64,000 nucleotides of DNA, from positions 3,489,780 to 3,553,779 of the forward strand of contig MU058009.1 of NCBI GenBank assembly GCA_013265495.1, in the 5' to 3' direction. This DNA is from Vicugna vicugna (taxonomy: Eukaryota). Shown in pieces: positions 49,300-62,315 of the stretch (positions are counted from its first letter, which is position 1; every line of letters begins with the position of its first letter). A model generated the notes under the pieces. That model was given only the letters and a program-made list of their open reading frames with translations, ran no database searches and was not told the origin of the DNA. Position numbers and translations under genes: made by a program.

Positions 49300-49790
49300 G
49301 CGCTTCACTCCGAGTCACTGGTCGGGCTGGTTACCGGGTTTGCCTCTGAGGGGCCCCTTAGGCTGCACCCCCGGGCACCTTCGTGGAAGCCTCTGGCTCA
49401 GGCTTGACTCTGACGCAGCTGGGCTCCCGGAGGGGAGCGGCCGCCGGGCTCTGCCGAGGTGTTGAGCACAGCGCGGCGCAGGGCAGCGTCTCCGGCCTCT
49501 GCTGCACGTCATCACCCTGTTCGCTGTACTCAGCGCTCACCGCGCAACAAACACAAATGCGCTCGGTGAGCTGAGCGGCGCAGAGCAATAAACCGCATGG
49601 AAGGGCGGATCACAGCCCGGCCCCCGGGACCCGAGGCGCGGGCGGGGTGGCTGGGGGTGCGCCCCGTGGAGTGGCGCTGAGCCGGCCCGCGGGGAGGCAG
49701 GCCTCGCTCTCCAAGGCAGCACCGCAGCCAGGTCTCAGCCCCGGCCTCTCCCCGCCTCCTGACGTCACCGGCCTTTGAGACTTTCTAGCT
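49300..49790. promoter_or_regulatory. CpG-island-like region with full CRE and GC boxes, candidate promoter
   Basis: CpG-dense, with palindromic CRE TGACGTCA at 49759-49766, a half-CRE near 49506 and GGGCGGGG near 49640. Confidence 0.6.
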
Positions 49791-50139
49791 TCCAGCCCCA
49801 GCTGCTAGGGTGAGAATACCTCGCACCTAGTAGGTCATCAGTAAACAGCTGCTGATTTAAACGGGGAGAATGATTCGACTGAATGACTCAACACTGAACG
49901 CCTCTCTTCCGGAGAGGGCGCTCGGGCTGAGGGTGGGATGACGGCCGCCACTGCACCCTCCAGTCTGGAAGAAGGAAATTCACACAGAACAATTTAAAAA
50001 CCGTATAGTGTCACGAGAGCTGGAATAGACTTAAGTTATTGTTCTGTGAAAGTGCAGAGAAAGACAAGACGCTCTTAGCCTAGGACCCCAGGAGAACACC
50101 TGAATGGTGACGTGTGGGTCTGTGTGTACCTGAGCCCCT

Positions 50140-50265
50140 CCTCCTGAGCACCTGCGGCCTGCCCGGGGTCGTGTAAAAGGCTGAGAATGATGCAAAATCA
50201 TCTTTGTCCTCAAGGGGCTTACATTTTGCTGGAAGACACAGAAGGATGAATAGGCGTTTAGTGCC
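50140..50265 (-). mobile_element. L2 3' terminus
   Basis: The reverse strand reads 'ctgtgtcttccagcaaaatgtaagccccttgaggacaaagat...caggtgctcag'. Confidence 0.65.
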
Positions 50266-50419
50266 CGCACTTGTGGGTGGTTGTAGTACTGCTTGCCATG
50301 ATGTGTTCCCTCCTCTGTAGGTGTGGGACACCTGCCCCCGCTGCCGGCCTTTCTGAGAGAGGGGCTGCTTTCCTGCCTCCCTTGGCCCTGCAGCTGGCTC
50401 TGGCCAGTTGAATGTGGAT

Positions 50420-50740
50420 GTGTGTGGTACACACTATGTCCTGTCAGGGACTTTACACACAATGGGACGCTCCATTTGGCCTCTTGCATTCTTTTGCCAT
50501 CTACCGTAAGAATGGCATGTCTCAGGAGGGGACTGCCCCCTAAGTCCGGGTCCTGGAAGAGAGGCTGCCTGGAGCAGACGTGAGCTGGACCCACAGCCTG
50601 AAGCAGAGATGCATCAGCTGGCTCTTCTCCACAGACGTGCCATGCAAGCAACAAAGATGTCTTTCTGGTTTTGCTCTAAAGCTAGTGAGACTTGGGGCTG
50701 CTTGTTATGCAGTGTAACCTAGTGCAATCTAACTGATACA
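50420..50740 (+). mobile_element. MLT1 (ERVL-MaLR) LTR
   Basis: 'gcagacgtgagctggacccacagcctgaagcagag...gagacttggggctgcttgttatgcagtgtaacctagtgcaatctaactgataca' is the canonical MLT1 3' end. Confidence 0.85.
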
Positions 50741-51129
50741 GTGGTGGAAGGGAGCTAAGCCAAGACGATGGTAAGGAAACATCTGGGAAGTTCGAAAGCC
50801 AGCCTGGACAAATGGCCAGTGAAGACTGCCTGGAAAAAGAAGTGCAGCAAAGCTGGGTCCCAAGTAGAGAAACTTTGGAAGAAGAGAGTGATCCAGAAAG
50901 TGGAGACTTTGCCCAGAGAGAGAAAAGGGATGAAGACTAGAGGGGACAGACGGATAGGGGTGGAAGAGGTAACAGCCCTTATGATCATGAACTTGAGAAT
51001 TCCAGGCACAGTGAGCTGTTCACCCCACTGAATGAAGGTGTGGAGGGTGCCCTATGTGAGAAGGAGCCTCGTGAGATGGCAGATGCGGTCAATTCCCAAT
51101 GCGAAAGAGTCTTACCTGCCGTATGTAGG

Positions 51130-51330
51130 GGTTATTGTTAGGGAAGGGGCTCTGGATTTGGAATCAAGACCCAAGTTAAATTTGGACTTTGAAATTTACT
51201 AGTATATGATCCTGTGTAAATTATTCTCTCTAGGTATCTGTTTTCTCATTTTTAAACTAGGGATAATAATAACATCTTTCTCATGGAACATTTATGAGGA
51301 TTGAATGAAATAAGATATGCAAATGCAACC
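51130..51330 (+). mobile_element. MIR SINE
   Basis: 'gggctctggatttggaatcaagac...tttctcatttttaaactagggataataataac...tgaggattgaatgaaataa'. Confidence 0.8.
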
Positions 51331-52873
51331 AGTATATTTAAGAGAATAAATCAGATGACATATGATACAGCATATTGCCTGTACAGATTAAGTCTCCAAT
51401 AAATCCCGTGCTCTGTTTCGCTGTTTGTTTGCCTACCTGGTTTGCTTTTTAGGCTAGAGGTTCACACCTGGTCTGTAGGTACGGGCAGGTAAGGAGGAAT
51501 GGGAGATCCACGATTCATCTGGGGAATTTTTCAGCCCTAGACACAATTTCAACATCCCCTCCGAGTTGATCCTCACCCCACTAAGCACAGCTGCAGGAGG
51601 TAGCGGGCGCGTTGAAGAGCTTTTCTGTAGATGAACTAGGTCTCGATTTGCAAGCACAGCTCTGGCGGGAGTATTAAAAAAACAGGTGGCGGAAGAGACT
51701 AGGGGCCTTTACAGAGAGAGGGAAGGTAACGTGGAGACCAAGATGCTTGTCTTGGCGGGAGGCTGGGAGAAGAGGAAGTTTCCTTTGACCTCTGATTAGC
51801 TTTTTTCTGTCTCAGGAATTAGATATTACGGCAAAATGACTTGGACTCTCCACAGTTTATGTTTGAAAGACTGATCAAGCTTCAATTCCTGACTCCTCCA
51901 TTGTTGGGTGTATAACCTAGACTAAGTGCACCATCTTTCAGCTCCATTTTTCCCACGTGCAAAGCAGAGAAAATTAGACTCACCACAGGGGACCGTTGTG
52001 GGCTGCAATGAGCGTATGTCCCCTAAGGGCCGGTCACGGGGGTCCCATCTGGCACTAAGTAAGTGCTCACTAAATGGCAGCCGTGTTAGTATTGATTTTG
52101 CTGTTGTTGGTTGGTTTCCATGGGTCCCTTGGGTGGGGAAATCTCTAGTTTTCCAACAGGTAGATAATTGTGATCTCTGTAGATAGAAAATAGTGCTTGG
52201 TTAATGTATTATTTAGGGTAGACAGTGATCACCATAAAAAAATGATTCTGCCTTAGAGTGATTTAGACACTAGTTTATTCGCCTCTCACCTGATGACACA
52301 GGGAGCTGCTCTGTCACTCCCACCACGTGGCTCTGCCTCTGAGTCCAAGGAAGCCGCTCTGATTCTCTCGTCTCTAAAACAGGGAGGTTCTGTTGCTAGA
52401 AGAGGAGAATGAAGGATGAGCTAAAACAGAAAGATCAGGGTGACCACGGGGCAAGGGAGCTTGAGTGGGAAAATGTCAAAGACACAACCGTTTTAGGTCT
52501 CTAGGTAACTTGGAAATTTCTTACAAGGCATGGTTCAGCCCTCACCTGCCAAAGCCGAGTCAGATGTAGCCTGGTTCATGTGGCCGAGTTACAGCGAGTC
52601 TTAAAGCCAGAAACTAGGAGGGTGGTGACCGTGGCAGCAGCACAGGTGGAGAAGCAGGTGGCCTCCGGCGAGGACCGTCCTCCCGGTTTGCCCGGGACTG
52701 CTCTGGTGTTGGTAGTGAAACTCCCACATCTCAGGAAGCCACTCAGTCCCAGGGAAGCCAGGATGGTTGGTCAGCCTTTCTCCAGGTTTACTGAGAGCAT
52801 GTTTTTCAGTGTTGTTTCAGTTCCTGCCAAGGAAGACAACCATTCTGTCTCCCATCTCCACAATAGCTGCATG

Positions 52874-52998
52874 CACACACACGCACAGACACACACAGAC
52901 ACACAGACACAGACACACAGACACACACAGACACACACACAAGACACACACACATACATAGACACACACACAGAGACGACACACACAGACACTACACA
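52874..52998. repeat. Compound (CA)n/(CAGA) low-complexity repeat abutting the gap
   Basis: cacacacacgcacagacacacacagac... read directly up to the N run. Confidence 0.95.
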
Positions 52999-53364
52999 NN
53001 NNNNNNNNNNNNNNNNNNNNNNNNNNNNNNNNNNNNNNNNNNNNNNNNNNNNNNNNNNNNNNNNNNNNNNNNNNNNNNNNNNNNNNNNNNNNNNNNNNNN
53101 NNNNNNNNNNNNNNNNNNNNNNNNNNNNNNNNNNNNNNNNNNNNNNNNNNNNNNNNNNNNNNNNNNNNNNNNNNNNNNNNNNNNNNNNNNNNNNNNNNNN
53201 NNNNNNNNNNNNNNNNNNNNNNNNNNNNNNNNNNNNNNNNNNNNNNNNNNNNNNNNNNNNNNNNNNNNNNNNNNNNNNNNNNNNNNNNNNNNNNNNNNNN
53301 NNNNNNNNNNNNNNNNNNNNNNNNNNNNNNNNNNNNNNNNNNNNNNNNNNNNNNNNNNNNNNNN
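52999..53364. other. Assembly gap (366 N)
   Basis: Continuous run of N. Confidence 1.
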
Positions 53365-55089
53365 CACCCCCCTCCCCAGAACCTCTTCACAGGGTCGAAG
53401 TGCTGTGGTCAACCTCTCGTGGCACTATCAGGGTCGAGGAGGGACCACCCGCTCCTTTATTCAGCCCTTTTCCCGTACTGACGGTTCTATGTTAAGCACG
53501 TAATACATGAGGACGAATGAGACATGGGCTCTGATTTCCAAATCAGAGCTGATTTGGGGAGAGAGATCAGTAAACTCATGACTGCAATGAAACGCGGAAA
53601 GTGCCGTGTCGGAAAGAAGCCCGCGATGCCGAGGAACACGAGGGGCGGGGTCCGCGCACACACGGGCCCTGAGCTCCTGCTGGCAAGGCGGACGTCGAGG
53701 TCTCAGCCGAAGTAAGCGTGGGGAGGAAAGTGGGAAAGACAGGTGGGGGGTGGGACGGAGACAAGCGGGAAGAGCGCTCTCTGAAGGAAAGAGGCAAGAA
53801 AAGGAAGCACAGACAGGGGCCTCGCTCCCGAACCTCAGCCAGCGCAGGGCAGCCCTCTTGCCGGGAGAACAGGAGTTTCCTGGCCTCGCACTGCCTTCCG
53901 CGTCCTCACCGGGCGCCTCTGTACTCCCACTAGGATGAGGGGTGGGAGGGGCTCCTCGGGAGAAAATTCAAAATAAGAGACCCTCGCAGGGGAGCGCTGA
54001 ACCTCCATCCCTGTGGCAGGTTTTCAAGGGCGTTTGGGAACCAGTCCGGGTCACAGTGTGTCTTGGGTGGAACGAGCTCTCCTTTCCTGATTTGCAGGCA
54101 AATGAGCACCTCGCTGCTCCCAGAGATCCTTTTTCTCAGAAACTAAAGCCGCTTCTCCTACCGAGTCCACCTGCACAAGGAAAGGGTGGAGGCAGCTCCT
54201 ACTTCTCGGGCGGCAGGAAGCATCGCAGGGGAAAAACGCACCCTAATTACCCGCGCACATCCCAGCAGAGCTCGAGTGTGGGAGCCGGTGAGGAACGATG
54301 CGGATGCATCTGGAAGGCAGCATGCGGTGAAGGCTGGAGGCGCTCCCACGCCTGCACTTATGAAGAATTCATGGAAACTCTTGCTGCAGCCCCTTCATTT
54401 AGCCAGAACCCTCGCAAAAGAGGCATGCATAATTGAAAGGCCAAAGCCATCGCCTTCCCTGAGAGCAGAGGGAGGCCGCCGGCGTGCTGCCTGGTGCGCG
54501 CGCGCGGCCGTGCAGGGTGGCGCCCTGACAGCAGCTCCTGTGGTCTCAGCGCGACTTTACCGTTAGTGCCTGGAAGCGGGCACCCTCTCCAGCGTGGAGT
54601 AGTTCTCATCTAAGTGGGAGGATGCTGGAGGAGACGGTGTCCAGAGGGTTTGCACCTCGCCCGGTTGGTTGATCTAGAATCGCGATGACTGTTTTCTGAC
54701 TGCAAGTCATGCCGAGTTATGGGTCACAAAATCAATTCATTGGGTCATGGTCAACATTTTAAAAAATGAGCGCAGTAGAAGAGAGTACAAATCTTCAGTA
54801 CACACACATCCACACGGACTCACACCGGGTGTCCCGATGTAAAACGTGGATTGCCACAAAACCGTGAGCGCCACGGGTGTCTATGGCCTTTAAGTCCCTC
54901 TTGCAGCCGACATTCCACAATCCTGCGAATCTTCCACTTTGTGCTGAGTATGGAGAAAGGCGCCGTGGGATGAGATGTGAGCGGGTGTAAGACGTGTTCC
55001 GTGAACAGGGGGCCGAGGCCAGGGGAGGGAGCATCCGGTGTTTTCCCAGGCTCCGAGCCCCGGCCGGGCACCCTGCGAGGCTCTTTCTT

Positions 55090-55215
55090 GGGTGTTATTA
55101 TTATTGTTTTTTTAATCTCAGCAAAAATCCTGTGAGATGTGTATTTTTCTATTCACCTTCTGGGTGAGGAACCAGGCTCAGAAAGGCTGATTGACCCCAC
55201 ATAAGTCACACAGTG
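55090..55215 (-). mobile_element. MIR fragment
   Basis: 'tttaatctcagcaaaaatcctgtgagatgtg...gggtgaggaaccaggctcagaaagg...aagtcacacag'. Confidence 0.7.
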
Positions 55216-56091
55216 ATCGTGGAACACGAGACTTCACTTGAGATCACGAGGGGCAGTTAGACTGCCTTCCAAAGTGTTTGCGCCGGGTAGTGGTTGCTCA
55301 AGGGACTGCGGGAGAGAGGGGACCGGCGTGAACTGTCCCTGCGGGCCGACTGGCTCTCCGTGGCAGCCCTGGTGGATGAGGCCCTTCTCAGTCTGGGAGA
55401 GCAGAGTAAAGGAAGAGGCAGAATAAATGCAGATCAGTTCAGAGCACAGGGGCTGCTTTCCAGGCCCCATGTTAGCACCAGGAGCGCAGCAACGGGCCCC
55501 AGACACCCCATCCCGAGGCGTTCAAACGGCAGGAGGCGCTCGCAGAAGGACGCGTGTGGGGTAGACGCTGCCTGTCTGTACATCCGAGCGCGCATTTCGG
55601 GGACCCAAGCAATTTCCTATTACCTGGAACTTGCAGCTGTAAATAGTGGTCTATGTAAGAAATAGGCTTTTTCTTCCATGCTGCCGGCTTTCACTGATTA
55701 GAGGAAGAACAATTTACTGAATAGCACAGAAGGGCTGGAAGAGCCTGGTGCTTTTCCAGAGCAGCCAAGGACACAATCAGGGAGTCTGTCAGGCAGGGAC
55801 GGGTCTCTGAAGACAATCCAAGGTTTGCTCCAACCAGCCAGGGCGTGGGCCTGGATGAGGCTCCCCCAGGAAGCTTCACGCGCCGAGCTGGTCCCAGGCG
55901 TCGCCCCGAGGCCCAGCCCTCCCGCAGGCGTGTCTCATCGTCGCCCCTCAGTCACATGCCTCATCTCATTCTGATGCGCCATGCCAGGGCTGAAATAACT
56001 CCCTGGTGTCTGACTGGTTTGGTACCCACCACCCACCTCTCCCCAGTGTTTTCTCATCTCTGTATCACGTCTTCTAACGGAGCAACTTCTG

Positions 56092-56132
56092 TGTCCTGCT
56101 TTCCTTCTTTGTCCTGCTTTCCTTCTTTGTCC
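56092..56132. repeat. 18-bp tandem duplication (tgtcctgctttccttctt x2 plus partial)
   Basis: Perfect copies at 56092-56109 and 56110-56127, then tgtcc. Confidence 0.95.
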
Positions 56133-57060
56133 CTCTACCAGCTTTTTGGTTTTTGCAAAAGCCAGCAAAGTGTCTCTTTGTCCATTTCCTGTCTTCCTCC
56201 CACTCATGTCATTCCCGATTCAAGCCTCAAAGAGTGCCTGTGAGGCATCCTTTACACACGGAACACACGCCGACTCCCTCAGACACCTGCCGTCTCTCAG
56301 ACGGAGCTCCTCTAGGAAGCTTTCCCTGATCAGAAAGACGCCATCTAACCTCACAGGGACACCCTTTTTCATAAAACTGCCTTTCAAAATGGATTCAGTG
56401 CAGCAGAAACACAAAAGCATTAAGAATGGCAGTTTTGCTTTTAACCTTTGCTGTGTGGCCTCAGGACAGGCGATTCCAGTGGGGGAATTCCTCGTCTTAC
56501 TGCTGCCTGATCATGTGGCACCTACTGTGTGCACTGGGAGGGGTCCACCAACAGGGGCAACGTAGGGCACCCGCCCACTCACACGCCGCGGGTGAGTCTA
56601 TTATGTGCGACGCCCTGTTGGAGACACATGTACGGGGGACACAGAAGATGGAAGGAGGAGCCCTGCCCTTCAGCAGCTTGCCGTTGAGATGGAATAGGAG
56701 GCTGTAGACACATGTGTAGAATTCCTCACAAAGGAAAGAGGTCTGAGTGCCATTGGCATGTGTGATTCCAAATCTGCTGGTTGGTCTGTTTCTCTCAGGC
56801 CCCACAGGCCCCCAGTCTTTCTGGGAGCCCAAGAAGGAGCAGACAGCTTCTGGGTTCTGGCTTCCTCTCCTCCTTGCCCTCCTGGCCGGTCCTCACCTTC
56901 CACCCGCCCCGCCTCCCCGGCAGTCAGGAGGGGGCTCCCCCAGGATGAGTAAGTGGCAGTGGCAGTTCATCCTCCCCGGCTGTGCTCAGTGTGGGAGGAC
57001 ACCCTGATGCGTCAGGGGCTTGGAGCAAGTGCTGAGCATAGTAAATAATACAAAACTCTG

Positions 57061-57081
57061 TGTTTGTTTGTTTGTTTGTTT
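57061..57081. repeat. (TGTT)n microsatellite
   Basis: Read directly from the sequence. Confidence 0.9.
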
Positions 57082-57139
57082 AAAATAACCCAAATAAAAG
57101 CAAAATATTGTCTGCCTAATTTTGTTCATGAGGCTTTCT

Positions 57140-57970
57140 CCGCTCTTTCATTATTTTTATTATACAAATATTTCACGACCCTATTTTCAAAAGAATAAGT
57201 GAACATGGAAATACACTAAGTACAACACGAGCGTCACTCTCCACCCTCCCTGCACCCGCCCCCGAGGCGAGCCCGTCTGACCACTGACCCCCGCCCCCGC
57301 CTGCCCCTCTCAACAGCTCCGCGGAGACTTCCCTTTATCAGTGAATGGGACACTCGACTTTTTTCACGTAATAATATCACCCAGAGATCCTTAGGTACAT
57401 AGAGCTACACCCCATTTTTAAGAACAACCGTACCACGCTCTGTGGAAGGGAAGAACAAAACCACGCCTGAAGCCAGCCCTTCCGATGACCGTCTGGTCGG
57501 TCCTGGTTTCCATCGTCACCGACGGGGCTGTCTCCCTGGGCCCCTGCGGGCTCCTCCAGAGAGAGCCCAAAGCTAGAATCGTTGACCAAAGGGAAATGCA
57601 TTTAAAATGCAGATGGGCATCTCATGCATTGTCCAACAGTGCGTGAAATGCTCTTTTCCACCCTCCACAGCCCTTGATATTTTCAGTATTTTAAAGATAT
57701 TGCCGATCTCTGGCAGGGCGTGGAGTGGAGAACATCGTTACGGCTTGAATGTGGATACTTCCGCTACTAGCCGGCTTGAAGAGCTTCTCCCACGTTTATT
57801 TGTTCTGCTGTGTTTCCTTTCTGCGTGCCATCCATGTGCCTGTCTGCACTGGGGGGCTGGCGGGCTTGGAGACGCCCTGCGTCCGTCACCACAGACTCGG
57901 CTTCCCGGGGACTCCAGCCTGCGGCCAGGAGGCCCGTCTTTATCGCCATGATTTCACCTTAGGTATTCCA
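57140..57970 (-). mobile_element. Degraded L1M 3' region
   Basis: 'ctacaccccatttttaagaac...cagtgcgtgaaatgctcttttccaccctccacagcccttgatatt...ttgaagagcttctcccacgtttatt' resembles a reverse L1 3' UTR. Confidence 0.6.
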
Positions 57971-58525
57971 GATACGAAATGAAAGCTGCAAATGTAGTGG
58001 GTTCCAGACTCTCTCATTTCCCTCTAACTTAATTTGATGTCAGCCCTCCCCACTAGATGGCAGAAGCTGACTCTCAGACCCAACCATCAAGGCTCTTCTC
58101 CTTGGCTTGGGGTCAAGTTACTGGAGCATGGGGACCAAGGTGTCGCTGGTAGGATGCGTCTGACCTCCAGTCACCTTTTGTCCTCGCCGCCTCCCCTGAG
58201 AAACACTTCATATCCTCTGGTTCTTGATCTTTATGTTAAACCAGAGTCATCCTTTGTTTCCATTCAAGGGGACTTGCTATTTCCGTGCCATTATTTGATG
58301 TGCTGAGATAATTTGGCTATTTTCATGCACGTTGGACATGAGAGACACTGAGACATGTAAAGCCACCCTTCCACACACACCCCCGAGGTATTTCTGACGC
58401 ACTGACCTCCCCCACAACAGGGCTGGTGTGAGAAGAGCGGACATTGGGATCTTGCGTATCCCTGGCTCCACTTATGAAGAAGAGATGTAAGACTCTGTTT
58501 CTGAGTTTTCTGTCATAGCAGCCCC

Positions 58526-58528
<3 letters not shown>

Positions 58529-58564
<36 letters not shown>
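58529..58564. repeat. (AC)n microsatellite, about 18 units
   Basis: Read directly. It follows an MLT1-like end, 'gagttttctgtcatagcagcc'. Confidence 0.98.
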
Positions 58565-58566
<2 letters not shown>

Positions 58567-58899
58567 CCGCCCTGGGCTCCAGGCTGGGAGTGGCAGGGAG
58601 CTGGGGGCGTGGGCAGGATGTCTGTCTCAAGCCCACCAGTTTCTCAAGTCTCTTTATTTCCCTTTCAATGCCTCTTCTTCCCAAAGCCACTAGAATCGTG
58701 ATTGAGAATGGAGACAATCAAATCTCGAGATTGAGACGGTGACAAACACATTTTTCCAAATAGTTTTTCTAAGCCACGTCCCAGGCTTTTGAAATTCAAA
58801 AAGTGAGAATGGACGCCTTTGTTCGCGCGATGCTGTGTCATCTACTCTCTGTGGCGATGAACAGAGAAGCCCCTCACCGCTGCCGGGATGAGGGGGGCC

Positions 58900-61800
58900 T
58901 CTGGGGGCCTAGGTGGCAGGTATAACAGGAAGTTCGAGAAAAATCAGTTATTACATCAAAATATTATTCCACTGCACCAATATTTCTTTTACGTGTCTTT
59001 TAACTTTGTTTATCAAGCCTTTTGTCATGCAGACATTTATAATTTTTGTACAGAATAACCTGTCAATCTTTTCCTTTATAAATTCTAGGTTTTGTATCTC
59101 ACTTAGGAAAGCCTTCTGATATACAAATTAAAAATACCCTCTCTGATATTTTCCTCAAATGCCTATGGAATTCTGTTCTTTTCCTTAAACTCTTCATCTC
59201 ATCTTGAATTAAATTTTTTTGTACGAGATCAGGAAAGAAAGGGTCTTTGTCTTTCTGTGTCTGTGTCTGTGTCTCTGTCTCTCTCTCCATCTGTCTTTTC
59301 CTTTTAGTGGACAATTATCATTTTCCTAACACCATTTATTTAATAGTGAATTCTTTCCCCATTGAGTAAAAAATCTTTATTGTGAACTGAGTGCCTGCAG
59401 GAACACAAATCTTGTTGTGGACTGTGTTCTGGAGTGTTCCAGACTCAGAGTAAGGGCGAGATGGGAGTTGTTCGTCTCTCCTTCAGTTGGCTTCGATTCC
59501 TGTGTGGAGTTGAACTCATGCAGAGGAATATGATTCTAATGTCTAACAACAATGTGTTTTCAAGCAATCTGTTTCTAAATTTAAATAAGTGGCTTCATTT
59601 TTGATCCACCTCTTAAAAAACAGTGAGCCCTTCTAATACTGGAAGAAAAAAAATGCTTATGCTAGACTCCTAAGAAATTTTTAAAAGATAATTTTGGCTG
59701 CGTGTAATTTTGTACATGATGGGAACTCCACTGTGTTCGTTTAATAGGGTGGCAGATACCTTTCGAGATTTATCTGATGATCATTCGTCTATTCAGGGTT
59801 TCTGCCTACTGAGTCAATGCTGGCAATTCCATATTCCTAAGAAACCATCTATTGCATCTAGATGTTCAGAAGTATTGGCTTAAAGTCATACCTCACATTC
59901 TCCCAATATTTAAAATTTAATCCATGTCTCCTGTCTTATTTCCAGTGTTGCTTGTGTAATATATTTCCTTTGATCACACTAGCCTGGGTTTTATCTATTT
60001 TATCGGTCTTTTCAAATGACCAGATTTTATTTTTATCGATCAGGTTTTCTGCCTTTATTGTTGTTTCTTCTACATCTTTCTCTTTTTATGGTTATTTGTT
60101 TCCTTCATTGACTCTACCGTTCATTTCCACATTTTCCCTTGTGGCCAACATTGGCCATTCGCTGCAGTTCTGGTCAGTGAACACCACTAGGGTTTGGGGG
60201 AGACACCTGTTTGCCTGTAGAATGGGGTGGGCAACAGCTCACACACCCTCTGCTCGTCTCCTTCCTCCTGCTGGGGTTTGAATGCAGGGTCTGGAGGAGC
60301 ACCGGACGCCTGGAGAGGCAGGGCAGAGGCCAAGAGGACTGTAAAGCCATTGGTGGGATATTACTTAAGCTCTTGAAGCAATGCCAGTCACTGCCCATCT
60401 CTGGGCTTCTTTTTAAGTTAATGCACTGTATTTGTTTTTTGTTTGTTATTTGTAGAATTTTCCTGACAGCCGTGTATACCTACTGAATTTACTTCTAAAG
60501 TTTCTTGTTGTCAAAGAATGTTGTCTGAAGCTATAGACTTCATTGGCTATAGTCCATGAGATTTAATATATAATGTTCTCATTCTTCTCTAATTGCTTTA
60601 TAATTTTTATTTGAATTTCTGTTTAACCCTGGATTTCTCTTTTCAAGTGGTTTCCCTTATTTCTCTCTTAAGTCCTATGTTTATTGTATCTTGATCTGAG
60701 AACGTGGCACATAGCATTCCGACCATTAAAATATATTGAGAATTTTTTGACCTGAACATAGTTGATTTGTGGAAATTCTACTGTGCTTGAAAAGGGTGAG
60801 CATTCTCTATTTTTCAATTCAAATGCTTCTTCCTCTCTTTCTATATGTGTCATCTACCTGTCTCTGTATCTACCTGTCTTATTCATTTCTTTCTTTTCAG
60901 ATTGTTGATTTTGTTTTTAAAAACATTTATGTCCTGGGAGGTTTTTTTTTTTTGCTTATTTGTGCTCCCTTTTTTGAGAATTGCATTAATTTCTTCTTAC
61001 TTTAATTGTAGAATTGTCTACTTCTCCTTGCAGAAGTTTTTATTTTGTGACGACTTTGTTCATCGCACTAAAGCTCATGGCTGCTGTTTCCTCTCGGAGG
61101 GCTGCCCTGCTCATCCAGTGGGGACCACGCTTTCTTACAGTGAGTCCGTCTACCGCAATTTCTGTTTCTTTTGACATAATCATTGTACTTGTTTTTGTTA
61201 TAGTTTTACTGGCTTATTATTAAAATTTCTGCATTGCTTTATTTCATATATATTGCTGCTAAACAGCCTAACACTAAAAATTTCCCCAAACCTATGAATC
61301 TCTGTGTTTTGATGGAGTTAATATTCTTATAGTTATTGGTAATGAAACCTTAGTAATTGTTCTCATTTCCTGCCTCTGTGTTCCTTTTCATCATTCTTTG
61401 CACTTGTTTATTTAGCTCTGGCTCAGGCATTCTGCTGTATTTTTAAAAGTGTCTGTGTTTTCTTTGTTTTCCTTTTCATTTGTTTTTCTTCTCTCAAATA
61501 GTTTGGATGTTATACATCATTTTTCGATTTTTCTGCAGGTTATCCATGTCTTCAACACATGGAACTAAATATATATTTTAAAAAAGTTGCCTGGAGTCAA
61601 CAATTAGGCTTTTCCTTTCCTTAAGAACAGAGAATTTTAGTTAAAAAGAAATTTCCTGGTTTCCTCTATCACTGCTTCCAACCATCAAAACACTTGGTCT
61701 CTTCTATGTTAAGAGCAGGTGATATTTGAGTTTTAGAGTATATTTTTTCACAAAACCATAACATCAATAATTATTTAGATTTAGTTACAAGTGTCACTGT

Positions 61801-61900
61801 TTTTTTTCTGCTTTTCCCTGGACCTGTGTCACTTTGGCACTTCAAATACACCTCTTTATCTGCATGATTCTTTTTCATCACAATCATCATGTTCAATTAA
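58900..61900 (-). mobile_element. Old L1M fragments (discontinuous)
   Basis: T-rich reverse L1 phrases throughout: 'aattctaggttttgtatctcacttaggaaagcc', 'ttttcaaatgaccagattttatttttatcg', 'gaacgtggcacatagcattcc...ttgagaattttttgacctgaacatagttgattt'. Unique inserts occur near 59400-59750 and 60170-60380. Confidence 0.75.
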
Positions 61901-62214
61901 CCTGTCCTGAGGCTGACCAGTACCTACTGAAGGTCCCTTTAAAAAAAATCCTACTTCTGCTGGCGAGATCGCTGCTACTGCCTTAGGCTGGATTTTCTGA
62001 CTTTTTGCCTAAACTCTTCCTTTGACTTCGTAGGTGATGGCTCTGTCCCCGTATGAGACTTAGCATGAGTTCAAAACAAACAAACAAACAAACAAAAAAA
62101 CATTTTTTGTCAGAAGCCATGAGATTCTAGAGTTCTTTTTTTCTAATGGCAATTAGTGTCATTTATCTTGATTAATTCAGTATCCTTTACAGTTATAACG
62201 GCCGATCAGTCTCC

Positions 62215-62315
62215 CACTTAAACTGTGAGCAACTTTAGGAAAAAACTCCAACGTGCTAATAGCTGTATCCATAGTACTTGCCAAGTGTCTGGCTCACAGT
62301 AGGTGCTGAGTCGAT
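62215..62315 (+). mobile_element. L2 3' terminus
   Basis: 'aaactgtgagcaacttta...gtatccatagtacttgccaagtgtctggctcacagtaggtgctgagt'. Confidence 0.65.

Noticed and set aside
52580-53503. 307-aa ORF, the longest in the track, and overlapping ORFs
   Set aside because: Artefact: it runs through a CA repeat and 366 N translated as X.
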